Assembly (NCBI GenBank): GCA_964270895.1
Contig: OZ185445.1
From: Podarcis filfolensis
Taxonomy: Eukaryota
Length of the DNA stretch: 64,000 bases
Direction: 5' to 3' (one strand)
A program made the position numbers and the translations under genes. Positions 44,674 through 57,218 of the stretch are shown piece by piece. How positions within the stretch are numbered: position 1 is the stretch's first letter; every line of letters begins with the position of its first letter. The notes under the pieces were generated by a model. It saw nothing but the letters and a program-made list of their open reading frames with translations, did not search any database and was not told the DNA's origin.

Positions 44674-47600
44674 CAAGCAGTTCTTTTCCAGTCTCACAAT
44701 TCAATGCCATGTTTACAGAATTGGCTTAAATAAAAATGGAGGCTGCAGCATGTTAGCAATAATTCTTGTTATGTTTAGATCTTAATGACAATGCTCAATT
44801 CAAGTGATGCTTTATATATCAGTCTACTCTTTAGTGTGACAGGAGTTTCCTAGCAAGACATCTTAGCAGGAGAGTGTCTAAATTAGAGATACTGTAGGTG
44901 AATGCTCTGAAGGTCACCATGAATTAGAATACCCACCCGAGATCCTAGGAATTTCCCAAACCAATTTGAGTGCTTTGGAAAATGGTCTACTCTTTCCCCC
45001 CACTCCTACAGAAATTAACAGAGCAAAGTTGCTCCCACCACCTTGCTTAGGGACTTAGGCATGTTTTCTTGGCTCTGCACCTCAGATTTCAGCCTTAGAG
45101 AGCCTGAACAGCCCATGCAAGCTAATGGAACGAAGCTGTTCCAGGGAGTCAACTGAACTAATCCCTGCTATCCTCCAGTTTGGATTGAAATTCAAGTTGG
45201 ATAATAATTTGGGTGCTTTTCGAGGTTACCTCTTTTCTGAGGCAGGCTTTAATGAGCCTGTCTCAGGATAACTTCTCAGGTCTTTCTAGTCTACATAAAT
45301 ACTGCCATGTTCACCCCAGGACTCTGAGTGGCGAAGTATCAGGAGTTTAACTTCCTTGGAATGAGATGGTATTTTGTTCATTGACGTGCACACATATAAG
45401 CTGAACATAAGTGGAGAACCACTTCAGCAGATGCTGCTCCCCTATTTGATTTCTCAGAGGGCCCCCAACTCCTTCAGAGCCCCCCCACATCCTACAACCC
45501 TAATTTTCCCTCAGACTCATTTGGCTCTGTGTGCCTCAAAGCTAAACTTGCAGTTGTTGTTTTTTACAAAAAGACTTGATAGCATCATTTCCTACAGGGA
45601 GGTTGGAGGAGAAGGGGCTGACCTGCCATTCAAATAGTTGCTGGTCATTGTGAGGGACAGCCATTGCTAAGCTCTATATCATAAGGGAATCTGAGAGGCT
45701 TGAGGTGTACACCCTGTCTGATCATTTTATCAGTCTCTTCCTGTCAAGAGTCGCTTGAGAGGAATCCTTGAGAGGTCATCGCTGAAGAGCCCTCAGGCTT
45801 AAAGCAACAGGGATGATAAGGAACACATGTCTATATTTCCAAAATCAGTCAGATACAGTTCTTGAGGATGCTTTTGCATCAGTTATGGTTAGTAATATTT
45901 TATAAGGCATTGCAAAATAAGCTCATTCTGTGTTGATTTCTTTTTAAAGGGAAGCTTGCAAGATACTTATTTCAGGTACTTCAGACCAGATTTCTCAGAC
46001 ACTGAAATATAGAAATCCAAATAACTGTCAAATGTGAGCATATCTTATGTCAAGGGGACGCACGTGGCTTCCTCAGTTTGGCTTTGCTTTGGCTTGCTTT
46101 TTGTGTAAGCACATTTGAGATATTAAGCATCTGAAATCTGTATCGCCCAAAGGCAGGAAGGCATCTGATAGGGGGTTGCCTGGGAAACACGCCTGCCCAT
46201 CGATATTCATTTTTGCTGTCCTTTGCATTTAGAGAAGGGATCGTTCTTAGTTATATATCATTTCCTTGGGAGCCTCAGATTCACTGGGAAGACAAAAATC
46301 TAATTGTTTTTAGAGCAATCCAGCACCGTTTTCTCATTTGCAGCTCCCTCCATCAGAACGCTTTAAAAAACAAAAACAAGAAACCACCGTGGAAAGCCCC
46401 CAAGTTGACAAATTCTGCTTGAAATGGCATTATGGAAATATGGTTGTCTGTTTTAGATGCAGCTCACGTGTGATATATTCAGGCTGCCAGTGGAAAAACC
46501 CACTCTCTCTCCAGAGAGCTGTTCTCTGATCGGTTGGAGTAGATTATTCCTTCAGCTTTAATAATTCAGACTCCCTGTCTGCTTTACAGGGTGTTTTCCT
46601 CTCGCTAGGAAGACACATACTGTAGGCTGGGGGAGTCCCCACAATCTTTGGCTCATATTTTTACACAAGAGACAAAATCAAGACCATATCTGCTTATTTT
46701 TCTTTTTTTAACAAGCAATCCAGCAGGAAGGAAAGTGTGTGTACTTCTATGCTTATTCCCTGCCCGCCCCCGTTTTCCCCACCCTGCAATGATTAGATTT
46801 TAAAGCAGGTACATTAGCATGCTTCTCCATGCATTTCAGAATAATAAGAGATTAAGCAAGGTCTTGACATACCTAGGGCAGTCCTCTGCTTGATATATTT
46901 ACATCAACTCTTTCTTTAAAAAAATGTAAAAGGGAGCTTACTTACTAAATGGTTGTGGGTTGTGGCAGCTTGAGACCTCACATTTACAAGTTATTAAAAC
47001 TGTCCGTAGGTCCCCACCCGCCACCCACCCCCTCTCTTTGCAATGCCATGGTAACATATCTGGCATTATTTGATTACACATTTCCTCAATAACAGTGTGA
47101 TTATGTTCTGCATATCCAAGGGGGATTTGGACTTGCGTTACTTGAAAAGCAGCTCTCTCTCTTTCTCTTGAGGCATAGCAAAACATTTTTGAAATCGAAG
47201 CAGTGTCTGTGCTACACCATGGGGAGATTCACCCCCAAGACAGAGTGGGGAGAGAAAAAAATCCAAACTAGGCAAGCACCAGACCTTGGACAGCTCTAAA
47301 ATAGTTTTAATAGTGTTTAATATGTGTTTAATATGTGAAGTTTAGTATGTGAACTGGCAAACATGGAACAAGAACTGTATCTTTCAAAAAGCCCTTGCTT
47401 TCTCCTAATCCAGGGGAACTCCCAAGAGACTGTGAACTACTCACAGAGTTAAAAACTGGCAGTGCAGAACAAAAATTCTTGAGCTTTTTTTAGGGGGGGA
47501 GCCGGTGATCTATCGGTGATCTACCACAGACATCCAGTGATCTACGAGTAGATCATGATCTACCTGTTGGATGTGCCTGTCCTAGTCTAAAGGGGGACCA

Positions 47601-47876
47601 AATCATTTCAAAACCAAGATGGGTTTCCCAAATCAGTGGTGTTCTCATGTAATATGGAAGCCTGGGGAGATATTTGCGTGGGGGGGGGGAGAATAAGTGG
47701 ACTGGACTGGAGCTACATAACCTTACAGATATTCCTTTGGTTGCTTCCATGCTGGAACCTTTTAGAGCTGAGACATTGCTTCTGTTTGATTCAGAAGAAG
47801 TGGAATTAAAAATGGAGGTTCAACACAGCACTTACATATGCTATAAGATAGCAGTGCCCTTTCCTATTGTCAAGAT

Positions 47877-48126
47877 CAGGGGTCAGCAACCTTTTTCAGC
47901 CATGGGCCAGTCCACCATCCCTCAGACCATGTGGTGGGCTGGACTATATTTTTGGGGGGGAAATGAACAAATTCCTATGCCTCACAAATAACCCAGAAAT
48001 GCATTTCAAATAAAAGGACACATTCTACTCATGTAAAAACATGATGATTCCCGGACTGTCTGTGGGCTGGATTGAGAAGGCAACTGGGCCACATCCAGCC
48101 CCTGGGCCTTAGGTTGCCTACCCCTG
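47877..48126. mobile_element. hAT MITE (250 bp)
   Basis: CAGGGGTCAGCAAC ... GTTGCCTACCCCTG, perfect 8-bp TSD GTCAAGAT. Confidence 0.92.
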
Positions 48127-48413
48127 GTCAAGATCTTTCATGTCCAATCATGACTTCCTTCTCATAGCAAAGTCAGTTGACAGGACTGTAGTCAAGACGC
48201 AACTGCTGAGAAAGAAGAGGGAGGTACCAGCATGCTTGGTAGAAACCCTGGTAGGGCTGTAAAAGCGAGTGCAGTCAATCATATGGGGAGGGGGATGAAA
48301 CCCCCAAGAAGTTTTCATATTAAGGTAATTTAAAAGCCCATAATAACACTTTGCAAGGCTGCTGGACAGTCTGTTGCTGCAGTTGCATTTTATAGCTAAC
48401 TAATTCCTTTAAA

Positions 48414-48780
48414 GGGGACATGGGTGGCGCTGTGGGTTAAATCACTGTGCTGCTTGGGCTTGCCGATTGAAAGGTTGGCAGTTTGAATCCCTGGGATGGG
48501 GTGAGCTCCTGTTGTTTGGTCCCAGCTCCTGCCAACCTAGCAGTTTGAAAGCATGCAGTGTAAGTAGATAAATAGGTACTACTCTGGAGGGAAGGTAAAT
48601 GGCATTTCCATGCGCTGCTCTGGTTTCGCCAGAAGCAGCTTAGTCATGCTGGCCACATGACCCAGAAAAACTGTCTGCAGAAGCGGACAAATGCCGGCTC
48701 CCTCGGCCTTTAAAGCGAGATGAGCGCCGCAACCCCAGAGTTGTTTGCAATTGGACTTAATTGTCAGGGGTCCCTTTACC
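48414..48780 (+). mobile_element. Sauria-type SINE
   Basis: Homologous to 15692-16046; TSD TAATTC(C/A)TTTAAA. Confidence 0.92.
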
Positions 48781-49487
48781 TAATTCATTTAAAATTGCCA
48801 CGGATCTAGTCTGAAAAACATACAAGAATAGAATCTGGGAAACACTGGAATGGAACGATCACATAATGTTCTGTGAATCTCTCTTATAAGTTAGAAACAA
48901 AAAATGGCAGTTGTAGATGAAAGAACTTGTGTGAAAGAACCTGTGCGATTCTGAGATTGGATACAAACGTGTCTGGGAAGAAATGGCATGAGAAGAGACT
49001 CAGCATGCAGAGGAAAGGACAAAAATCCTTCCTGCCCACCAGTTCTCTTGTACAATTACCTCCACCTCTGCATTTGTGTTTGTGTACGCACACTGAAATA
49101 ATGTGCTTGCTCTATTGCTACCACCACTGCAGCTGTGGGTGTTTGTGGTCTTTATACCACAAACAGATCTATTTTTTCCTGTGTGTAAGATTACCTGGAA
49201 AGGGGAAATGAAGCAATTTCGACTAGAAGTCTGCCCTCATCCCTTTAGGATCCTGAAAAATCTCACCTCAAAAATCAAGCTTCTAGCCCTCTTGAAGACA
49301 CAGAACATCAGTGAAGCTTTCTGAAACTTACGAAGCTCAGAAACGGTAAGTCCCAGCATAACTTTTGCTCAAGAACGCTACTTGTAGATTAGTTTATTGT
49401 ACCATTTTGGTGCAGCATGCATGCTGAGCTCTTGATCGTTGATCACTTCCAGTGGAATTTTTTTTAAGGTCTATGTACACAGGCAAA

Positions 49488-49840
49488 AGGGACGCGGTTG
49501 GCACTGTGGGTTAAACCACAGAGCCTAGGACTTGCTGATCAGAAGGTTGGCGGTTCGAATCCCTGTGATGGGGTGAGCTCCCGTTGCTCGGCCCCTGCTC
49601 CTGCCAACCTAGCAGTTTGAAAGCACGTCAAAGTGCAAGTAGATGAATAGGTACCGCTATGGCGGGAAGGTAAACGGCGTTTCCGTGCGCTGCTCTGGTT
49701 TGCCAGAAGCGGCTTAGTCATGCTGGCCACATGACCTGGAAGCTGTACGCCGGCTCCCTCGGCCAATAAAGCGAGATGAGCGCCGCAACCCCAGAGTCGG
49801 CCACGACTGGACCTAATGGTTAGGGGTCCCTTTACCTTTT
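49488..49840 (+). mobile_element. Sauria-type SINE
   Basis: Homologous to 15692-16046; perfect 12-bp TSD TACACAGGCAAA. Confidence 0.93.
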
Positions 49841-50450
49841 TACACAGGCAAAGCCTCTTGCCATGGCCATAGCCATAATTTGGGCCGGCTAATGGGGTCT
49901 CTACAAGAGTAACTGCCCCTGATAATGACTGCAGGGCTCTGTAGACATCCTGCGTTGCCGCTTCCTTGTGTGACAAATGACTGGCCGAGGGGCCACTTTG
50001 CTAGGAGCCTGTCTCCCTATCTCATAAGAGCACTGCTCAGTGCAGTAGCGTAAGGAAGGGGGAAAGGCAAAAGACTGGAGGATAAATCTGCAGGAGTAGC
50101 CTCAGTTGCCTTATTGCCTGACAGAGCAGCAGTTTTAAAATGGCAAATCATCAAGTTGCATTCTGTCAGCACTACCTTTATGCAGCGATATTCACACGTG
50201 GATCCCAAATTGAGGCAGTATGGTGTTTCTTATTATTTTATATGGGGTGTTGTTGAAAGAAAGAGAACTACAGGTTTATAAAAAGCACCCATTTAGAGCT
50301 GTGCTCTGTTTAATAATTTGGCTCCCGTCCTCCTAGAAACTTCTCATCCGATGTGACAAATAAATAGAAGTGGGTGGTGGTGAATTTCTGTTTCATCTGC
50401 TCTTCTCTAAGTAGGCCAACTGACATGAAGATATATCTTTCATGTAGATA

Positions 50451-50601
50451 CAGTGCTTTTTCTTCTTTCCTAAAAAATGTTTAGGGGTACTCTCATTTTC
50501 CTACTCATATTGAAATACTGTCCCTCAATGAGGCCAAACTTAGATTCACAAAATGTTTAGGGGTATGCGTCCCCCTGCGTCCCCCCAGAAAAAAAGCACT
50601 C
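50451..50601. mobile_element. hAT MITE (151 bp)
   Basis: CAGTGCTTTTTT ... AAAAAAGCACTC, perfect 8-bp TSD TGTAGATA. Confidence 0.9.
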
Positions 50602-50932
50602 TGTAGATATCCAGATAATTTAAAATTACATAAACAGGGAAGTAGCCTTCTCTTTGCCCTTTCCCCCTGGTCTAGATGGAAGAAAAGGTATTCTCTCTTT
50701 CAGCCTACAGCCAGACTTTTATGAAACTACGGTGGGGCCCCCCGATCTAGAATGTGCTCATGATGATCCAGCACAGGACCTTACACCCCTGGTTGTTATT
50801 TGCCCTGAAAGGTGATGTTTGCAGTCAAATCAAGAAGCAGGAAACTGGCACAGAGCCCCAATCCAGATTGGGAGTGTGTTTTTGGTTAGGGCCACAGCTA
50901 TTTTTCCTTTAAAATAAAAGCGGCCAGTGTAC

Positions 50933-51692
50933 CATAGAATCATAGAGTTGGAAGAGACCCCCAAGGGCCATCTAGTCCAACCCCTGCAATGCAGGAATCT
51001 CAGCTAAAGCATCCATGACAGATGGCCATCCAACCTCTGCAGAAAAACCTCCAAGGAAGGAGAGTCCACCACCTCTCGTGGGAATCTGTTCCACTCCTGA
51101 ACAGCTCTTACTGTCAGAAAGATTTTGAATGCTTAGTCGGAATCTCCTTCCTTGCAACTTGAAGCCATTGCTTCCAGTCCTATCCTCCAGAGCAGGAGAA
51201 AACAAGCATGCTCCCTCCTCTATGTGATAGCCCTTAAGATATTTGAAGATGGCTTTCATATCTCCTCTCAGTCCCCTTTTTTTCCAAGGGAAACATACCC
51301 AGCTCCTTCAAGTGCTCCCCATAAGGCTTAATTTCCAGACCCTTGATCATCTTGGTTGCCCTCCTCTGCACACATTCCAGCTTGCCAACATCCTTATTAA
51401 ATGGTGGTGCCCAGAATTGGACACAGTATTCCAAGTGTGGCCTGACTAAGCCAGAATAGAGTGGTACTATTACTTCCCTTGATCTGGACACTATACTTCT
51501 CTTGATGCAGCCTAGAATAGCATTCGCTATGTGTGTCTGACTACACTCAGTTTTCTCTTGCCTCTGTTTCCTGAGACCCAGAAGAAGATGATCACTTCCT
51601 CCCAAATTTCTGAGCACTTCCACTTCATCAATCAGTTCCTCCCTATTGGTGAGGACCAGGTCCAAGATAGATGACCCCCTAGCTGGTGTAAG
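50933..51692 (-). mobile_element. CR1 LINE, 3' end joined to an endonuclease-region fragment
   Basis: ORF2 remnants [37 protein letters not shown]; ATGATTCTATG tail; upstream [30 protein letters not shown]. Confidence 0.93.
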
Positions 51693-52743
51693 CACAATTC
51701 TTTTTTCTTCTTTTAAATTGTGAATAATGTTGAACCTGAGAAAGGCATAATGGTGAGTGCTTTCTGACAGGACTTTTAATCTTATTTCTATATTCAAGGA
51801 TATGTTAAAATGGATATTTTGAAACCTGCTACGAGCCTTAGTGATACATGGTAATCCAGAGATCAAAACAAATCAATCTGAAGCACACAAAGATAGATGC
51901 TGGCGTCCCCACTGGATTTAAATGTGCAAGACTAAACCCAATTTGTCCGATAGCCTGAATTTTGTAATATTTCTTGTACAGGAATTATTGTAGTGTTCCC
52001 TCAACAGAGCCCTGCTGGAGGCCATCCAGACCATTGGGTCTTGTGGCATTTTGCTTGACTGTGCTAAACAAATCTTTGCATGCACTCTTCACACAAGCTA
52101 CACTTGCTGAAATCCACTCTTCAAAGTAATTATTAAATGTGACCACCCTAGATTAAGCCCCTTAATTTATTTTGCTGAAACAATGAATCTGCAGTTACAC
52201 AAAATTGACTATAGGCATTCCAATAACTTTCATGCAAATGTGAATGAAAGTTTCTTTTCCAGTCTTTCCTCAAAATGGAATCACAAGGCAGTCAAGTTCA
52301 GCTGCTGCTTGTCATTGAACTGGCAGGACAATGGGGAGGAGGATTCTGGTGAGGGGTGTAGCTGGGACTGGGTAAGGAGAATTTGGTGTAGGAAGTACTC
52401 ACAGGGTGACAGAGGTTGGGGGTCAATGCACAGGAACCAGAGCAGCAGGACCCATCTGTTGTGGAGATGGGGAGATGATTAACAAAATAAATTCTCCCCA
52501 TCTCACAGTTTAGGACATTCCACACCTTTCTCAACAGATTTTCTTTTTCTTTGAGAAAAATAAGTAAACTAAGCTTTAATAATAAAGAAAACAGTAACAA
52601 AATAACATAGTGCGAGAAACTAAAGACAACAACACGAGGAAAGAAACAAAAAGAGGCAGTTGGTCCCTCTTAACTGAAACTTAACGGAACACAGAAGGGA
52701 GGGGCTGATTCCAGAGCATAACACAAAACCACCAAACATTCTG

Positions 52744-53300
52744 CAGTGGAATCTCGGTTTTCGAACATAATCCGTTCTGGAAGTCCGTTCGACTTTTGAA
52801 AACCAAGGATCAAAGGTTTTCAAGTTCTATTGAGAAAAATAGAGAAACGCGTCTCGAAAACCGTTCGGCTCCTGAGGAACATTTGAAAACGGAAGCATTT
52901 TGAAATACACTCGGAGTCGAGTGTGGATTCAATGCTCTTTATTCAGCTCATTGTAGTGAAGAATGAAAGTTTCCCCAAAATATCTGCTTTATATACATTA
53001 TTTACACAATGGGTTGCACGCGATTGGCTAATTCTGGGATTCCCCTGTAGGCCAATCAGGCTGTGGATTCATCTCCACCTGGAGCTGGATTGGGTGGCTC
53101 CTGTGGACCAATCATACTGCTGCATTGTTCTAGGACTAATCAGACTGCTGCATTCTGAATCCTATTGTTCTAGGACCAATCAGACTGCTGCTTTTTGGAT
53201 CCTATTCAACTCAGTACATAACACATTCACTTCCTGTTTTTTGGTGTTTGGCTTCCAAAACGTTCAGCAGCCGAGATGTTCAAAAACCGAGGTTTGACTG
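52744..53300. mobile_element. Tc1/mariner-type MITE (about 229 bp when empty) carrying a nested solo LTR
   Basis: CAGTGGAATCTCGGTTTTCGAAC ... GTTCAAAAACCGAGGTTTGACTG|TA. Confidence 0.85.
52901..53223 (-). mobile_element. Solo LTR (323 bp)
   Basis: Minus strand TGTTATGT...GTATTTCA, repeated CCAAT/ATTGG boxes, TATATAAAG, AATAAA; TSD CATTT/CATTC. Confidence 0.85.
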
Positions 53301-53368
53301 TACTGGTCAAATTAGGCCCCAGTGTTTTTCTTACACCAGAGCCCAAGGGGCCCCTGTCTCCATGAACA

Positions 53369-53791
53369 TGTCAGGTTCTGAGGCGTAGGGAGCAGCAGGA
53401 GAGGCACTCTAGGAGGCTGAGGCAGGCCAGGGCCCGCAACCCTGCTCACTAGCTGGCCAGGTGAGGTTCGCTAGGTTTGGGAGGAGGGGTGTGATTCCTC
53501 AGCTGGAGTAGGCTTAGAACAGGTGAGGGTCATATGCCTCATCAAGCCCAGGTACTGTGTCTGCTCATCTGCCCCATGCTGACTTGGATGCTTCTGGAGC
53601 TCTACGGGACTGTGCTTCAGTTTTGACTCTGAACTGTTTCCTGACTGCTGGACTTCAGACTTGGCTATCTGGATTGACCGTGGACTGCGTTTCCTGACCT
53701 TTGGACTTTGCCTGTGTGGATTGACCCCAAGACTTTGAATTTTGGACTTCGCACACTGACTTGCTGCCAGGTAGGCCAGGGGTTCAGGACA
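53369..53791 (+). mobile_element. Possible solo LTR (Gypsy-like)
   Basis: TGTCAGG...CAGGACA termini and short GGACT/GACT repeats in the 3' half; no convincing TSD. Confidence 0.5.
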
Positions 53792-54549
53792 GAGCTAAAT
53801 CTGCCGATGAAATGAACAACGTGCCTGCGTGAGAAGTGCAGTGCTGAAAATTCACAAGTTCAAAAGAAAAGCCAGGTAATGGAAAAAGAATTTGTGGGGG
53901 GGGGGGGGGGGAGCCCAGGAAGTGAGACAGTATGACATTTCTCCTCAGACAATTCACACAAAAGCCTATCCTGCATCATGTGACTTAGAGTAGCAAACTT
54001 CACTAAAAAAACAAAACTCTGCATGCAAGAAAAGCATACAAGAAAACAAAATGATAAGAGGCTCTCTATTGACACGATTTGACTGGTTTATTTTATTGGT
54101 GTGATACTACAGATTAATCACACTTTAATTCTTCCAGATTTATAATTAATAAAAAACTCACATATGGTAAACCTCGGTCTGGTACAAGTTGATAGGAAAC
54201 CCACTGAGAAATCACGCAATTGAAACGAGGACATGGTAATTCCTTCCTTTTTCCTGTAATTACTGCAATTATTTTCTTCAGTCCAGTGGACCCACCTCTC
54301 CTCCCCCAGCCTGCCTCTGCCTCCAGTATTATGCCCCAGGGCATTCACCATACTCTGAAAGATGCTAATAGGACTTTCTGTTTACAATTAAACTTGAAAA
54401 CTATCCAAAGTTAAAACAAGTCCCACGGAGCTCCCCAGGGAATTATGGGAGCCGTGGTTTGTTAATAAGGGTGCCGTTAGGAGGCCCCCATTTCTCTCCC
54501 ACAGCTACAATTCAGAGTTCTCCGGGAAGAGGGATTGATTGATAAACTA

Positions 54550-54775
54550 CAGTGGTACCTTGGGTTACATACACTTCAGGTTACAGACTCCGCTAACCCA
54601 GAAATATTACCTCGAGTTAAGAACTTTGCTTCAGGATGAGAAAAGAAATCGTGCTCTGGTGGCGTGGCGGCAGCGGGAGGCCCCATTAGCTAAAGTGGTG
54701 CTTCAGATTAAGAACAGTTTCAGGTTAAGAACAGACCTCCGGAACGAATTAAGTACTTAACCTGAGGTACCACTG
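54550..54775. mobile_element. MITE family A, copy 5 (opposite orientation), inside an older palindromic element (about 54420-54890)
   Basis: TA TSD and TIRs; flanks share ctgtagctctgtgagggg and aacaactctcagcacccttaac with the repeat near 39080-39180. Confidence 0.9.
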
Positions 54776-55021
54776 TATTCTGAAAACTGTAGCTCTGTGA
54801 GGGGAATAAAGGCCTGTTAACAACTCTCAGCACCCTTAACAAACATAGCACTTTAAATGTATGGTGTGAATGTGGCCTTAGCTATGGGGCCAATAAATTT
54901 CAGGAGCAGATGCTGCAGGGAACCTACATGACATCCAAGGAGATTGCAGCTCCCTCCCTTTCATCATATTTCCCTTCTCTTTAATATCGACCCCTTCTTT
55001 TTTCACGCTTGGCGCAATATA

Positions 55022-55660
55022 CCAGAAGGAGTGTCTCCACCCCCATTGTTCAGCCCGGACACTGAGGTCTAGATTTGAGGGCCTTCTAGTGGTTCTCTCA
55101 CTGCAAGAAGTGAGGTTACAGAAACCAGGCAGAGGGCCTTTTTGGTAGTGGCGCCTGCCCTGTGGAACACCCTCCCATCAGATGTCAAGGAAATAAACAA
55201 CTATCTGACTTTTAGAAGACACCTGAAAGCAGCCCTGTTTGCCCTGGCAGAGGAAGGCGGGTGCAGGGGGTGCGATGAGCACTGGGTGTCAGCTGTAAGG
55301 GTGGGTGACATTGCCGCACCACCACCCCACTTGCTGCATGGGTGGTGGCCCCGAACGCTCGCTGTGTGGGTGGTGGGCCGCTAGGAACGATGCTGCTGTG
55401 GGCAGCTACCGGTGCCAGCCCCAATGCTCATTGTGTGGGCGGCTAGTGGTGCCCCTCCCAACGCTCGCTGTGAGGGTGGCGGGCGGCTAGCAGTGCCCCC
55501 ATGCTCCCCGCATGCCATGTGGGCAGCTAGCCCCGCCACCACACCGCACCAGGTGCCGTGGCAGGTAGCTCCGCCCCTGCCTGTTTGGGGAAGTTTTTAA
55601 TGTTTGATCTTTTATCGTGTTTTTGGTATTCTGTTGGGAGCCACCCAAAGTGGATGGGGT

Positions 55661-55700
<40 letters not shown>
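55022..55700 (+). mobile_element. L2-like LINE 3' end with (TAA)n tail, interrupted by a hAT MITE
   Basis: ORF remnant VVAPALWNTLPSDVKEINNYLTFRRHLKAALF; homologous to 39769-40210. Confidence 0.88.
55242..55579. mobile_element. GC-rich hAT MITE nested in L2
   Basis: Perfect 8-bp TSD CCTGTTTG (55234-41 / 55580-87); ends related to 43720-44044. Confidence 0.88.
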
Positions 55701-55701
<1 letters not shown>

Positions 55702-56443
55702 ACTCCTCTGCTGTGCTTGTTGATCTTTCATCTTTCATATAAAACTATTGGTTCTGACAATTTCCTCCAACACTTATTCACTCAGATATGATTTGTCTAA
55801 GGTCTGAGGGTTTTTTTTTTTAAAAAAAAAACTGATCCCCACCCCTCCAGCCTTCCATGTCTTACTGCATGGTATACATCAAAGGATAGCTGATCGGGTG
55901 TTAAATCTGTGCTCCAAGTGAACAGATTCCCACAGGGCTGATGGTATTTGGCACAGGGCGGAAGCACTGATTAATGCTAACAATTAGTTCTTGGCTGCTT
56001 CTGTGTGACCTTAGTTGTGATCAGTGGGACAAACAAGTGATTTATGAACACACACAAATATAAATGCATCATGGATTAGCAAGGGGAAAATTAAGTGACC
56101 CAGGAAATTTCTTTAAACGGTGTGCTTAATTTTTGCTGTTTGGTAATAGGAGGTTATGGTTTCCTCAGCTCAGGCCATGTGTGTAGCAGTTCACAATTGT
56201 ACACAGCTTCATGCAATAATGTAAATCAATTGTGTAATGTAAGGATAGTGGCAACCACTATCCTTGTTCTCTGTTCACACAGTGTTCACACTAGTGTGTG
56301 ATGTTGTTCTCTATTTTGCCCCTCCCTTTATTTGTTATTTCCTTTAAAGAAAATTTGTGGGAGGGGGCAGCTTTACAAAAAAGGGGCTGGAAACTGGTAT
56401 GTTGTTATACTGATATACATACCAAGGTGGTGAAGCTGGCAAA

Positions 56444-56662
56444 GCCAGCGTGGTGTAGTGGTTAAGAGCAGTGAATTTGTAATCTGGTGAACCAGGTTCG
56501 CGTCTCCGCTCCTCCACATGCAGCTGCTGGGTGACCTTGGGCTAGTCACACTTCTCTGAAGTCTCTCAGCCCCACTTACCTCACAGAGTGTTTGTTGTGG
56601 GGGAGGAAGGGAAAGGAGAATGTTAGCCGCTTTGAGACTCCTTAGGGTAGTGATAAAGCGGG
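56444..56662 (+). mobile_element. tRNA-derived SINE of a different family, 3' end lost in gap
   Basis: gccagcgtggtgtagtggttaagagc A-box, ggttcgcgtctcc B-box-like, CORE-like gctgggtgaccttgggctagtcac. Confidence 0.8.
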
Positions 56663-56796
56663 NNNNNNNNNNNNNNNNNNNNNNNNNNNNNNNNNNNNNN
56701 NNNNNNNNNNNNNNNNNNNNNNNNNNNNNNNNNNNNNNNNNNNNNNNNNNNNNNNNNNNNNNNNNNNNNNNNNNNNNNNNNNNNNNNNNNNNNNNN
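56663..56796. other. Assembly gap (N run)
   Basis: 134 N. Confidence 0.99.
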
Positions 56797-56898
56797 TATT
56801 TCATTCATAGACAAGTTAAATATGGTGAGAGGGTGTAGCCCAAGCTCAGCAATGTTAGCAAGTCTGCCCCAGCAAAATGTCCTTTAGATTGGCAAATA

Positions 56899-57128
56899 CA
56901 GTGGTACCTCAGGTTAAGTACTTAATTCGTTCCGGAGGTCTGTACTTAACCTGAAACTGTTCTTAACTTTAGCTAATGGGGCCTCCTGCTGCCACCACGC
57001 CACCAGAGCACGATTTCTGTTCTCATCCTGAAGCAAAGTTCTTAACCTAAAGCACTATTTCTGGGTTAGCGGAGTCTGTAACCTGAAGCGTATGTAACCT
57101 GAAGCGTATGTAACCTGAGGTACCACTG
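56899..57128. mobile_element. MITE family A, copy 6
   Basis: TA TSD and TIRs; small internal deletion plus duplication of CCTGAAGCGTATGTAA. Confidence 0.92.
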
Positions 57129-57218
57129 TAATGGGAATGACGTCTCAAAAAGGTGCCTGCACCCAGCACTGAATGTGCATTATCATGCAGCGTGGAACAA
57201 CTTAAGATCATTTACTAA

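Noticed and set aside
51234-51866. 210-aa minus-strand ORF as a host gene
   Set aside because: It is CR1 ORF2 remnant sequence with a non-coding N-terminal extension.
53364-53796. Target-site duplication for the LTR-like unit at 53369-53791
   Set aside because: Flanks GAACA and GAGCT do not match, so the LTR call is kept at low confidence only.
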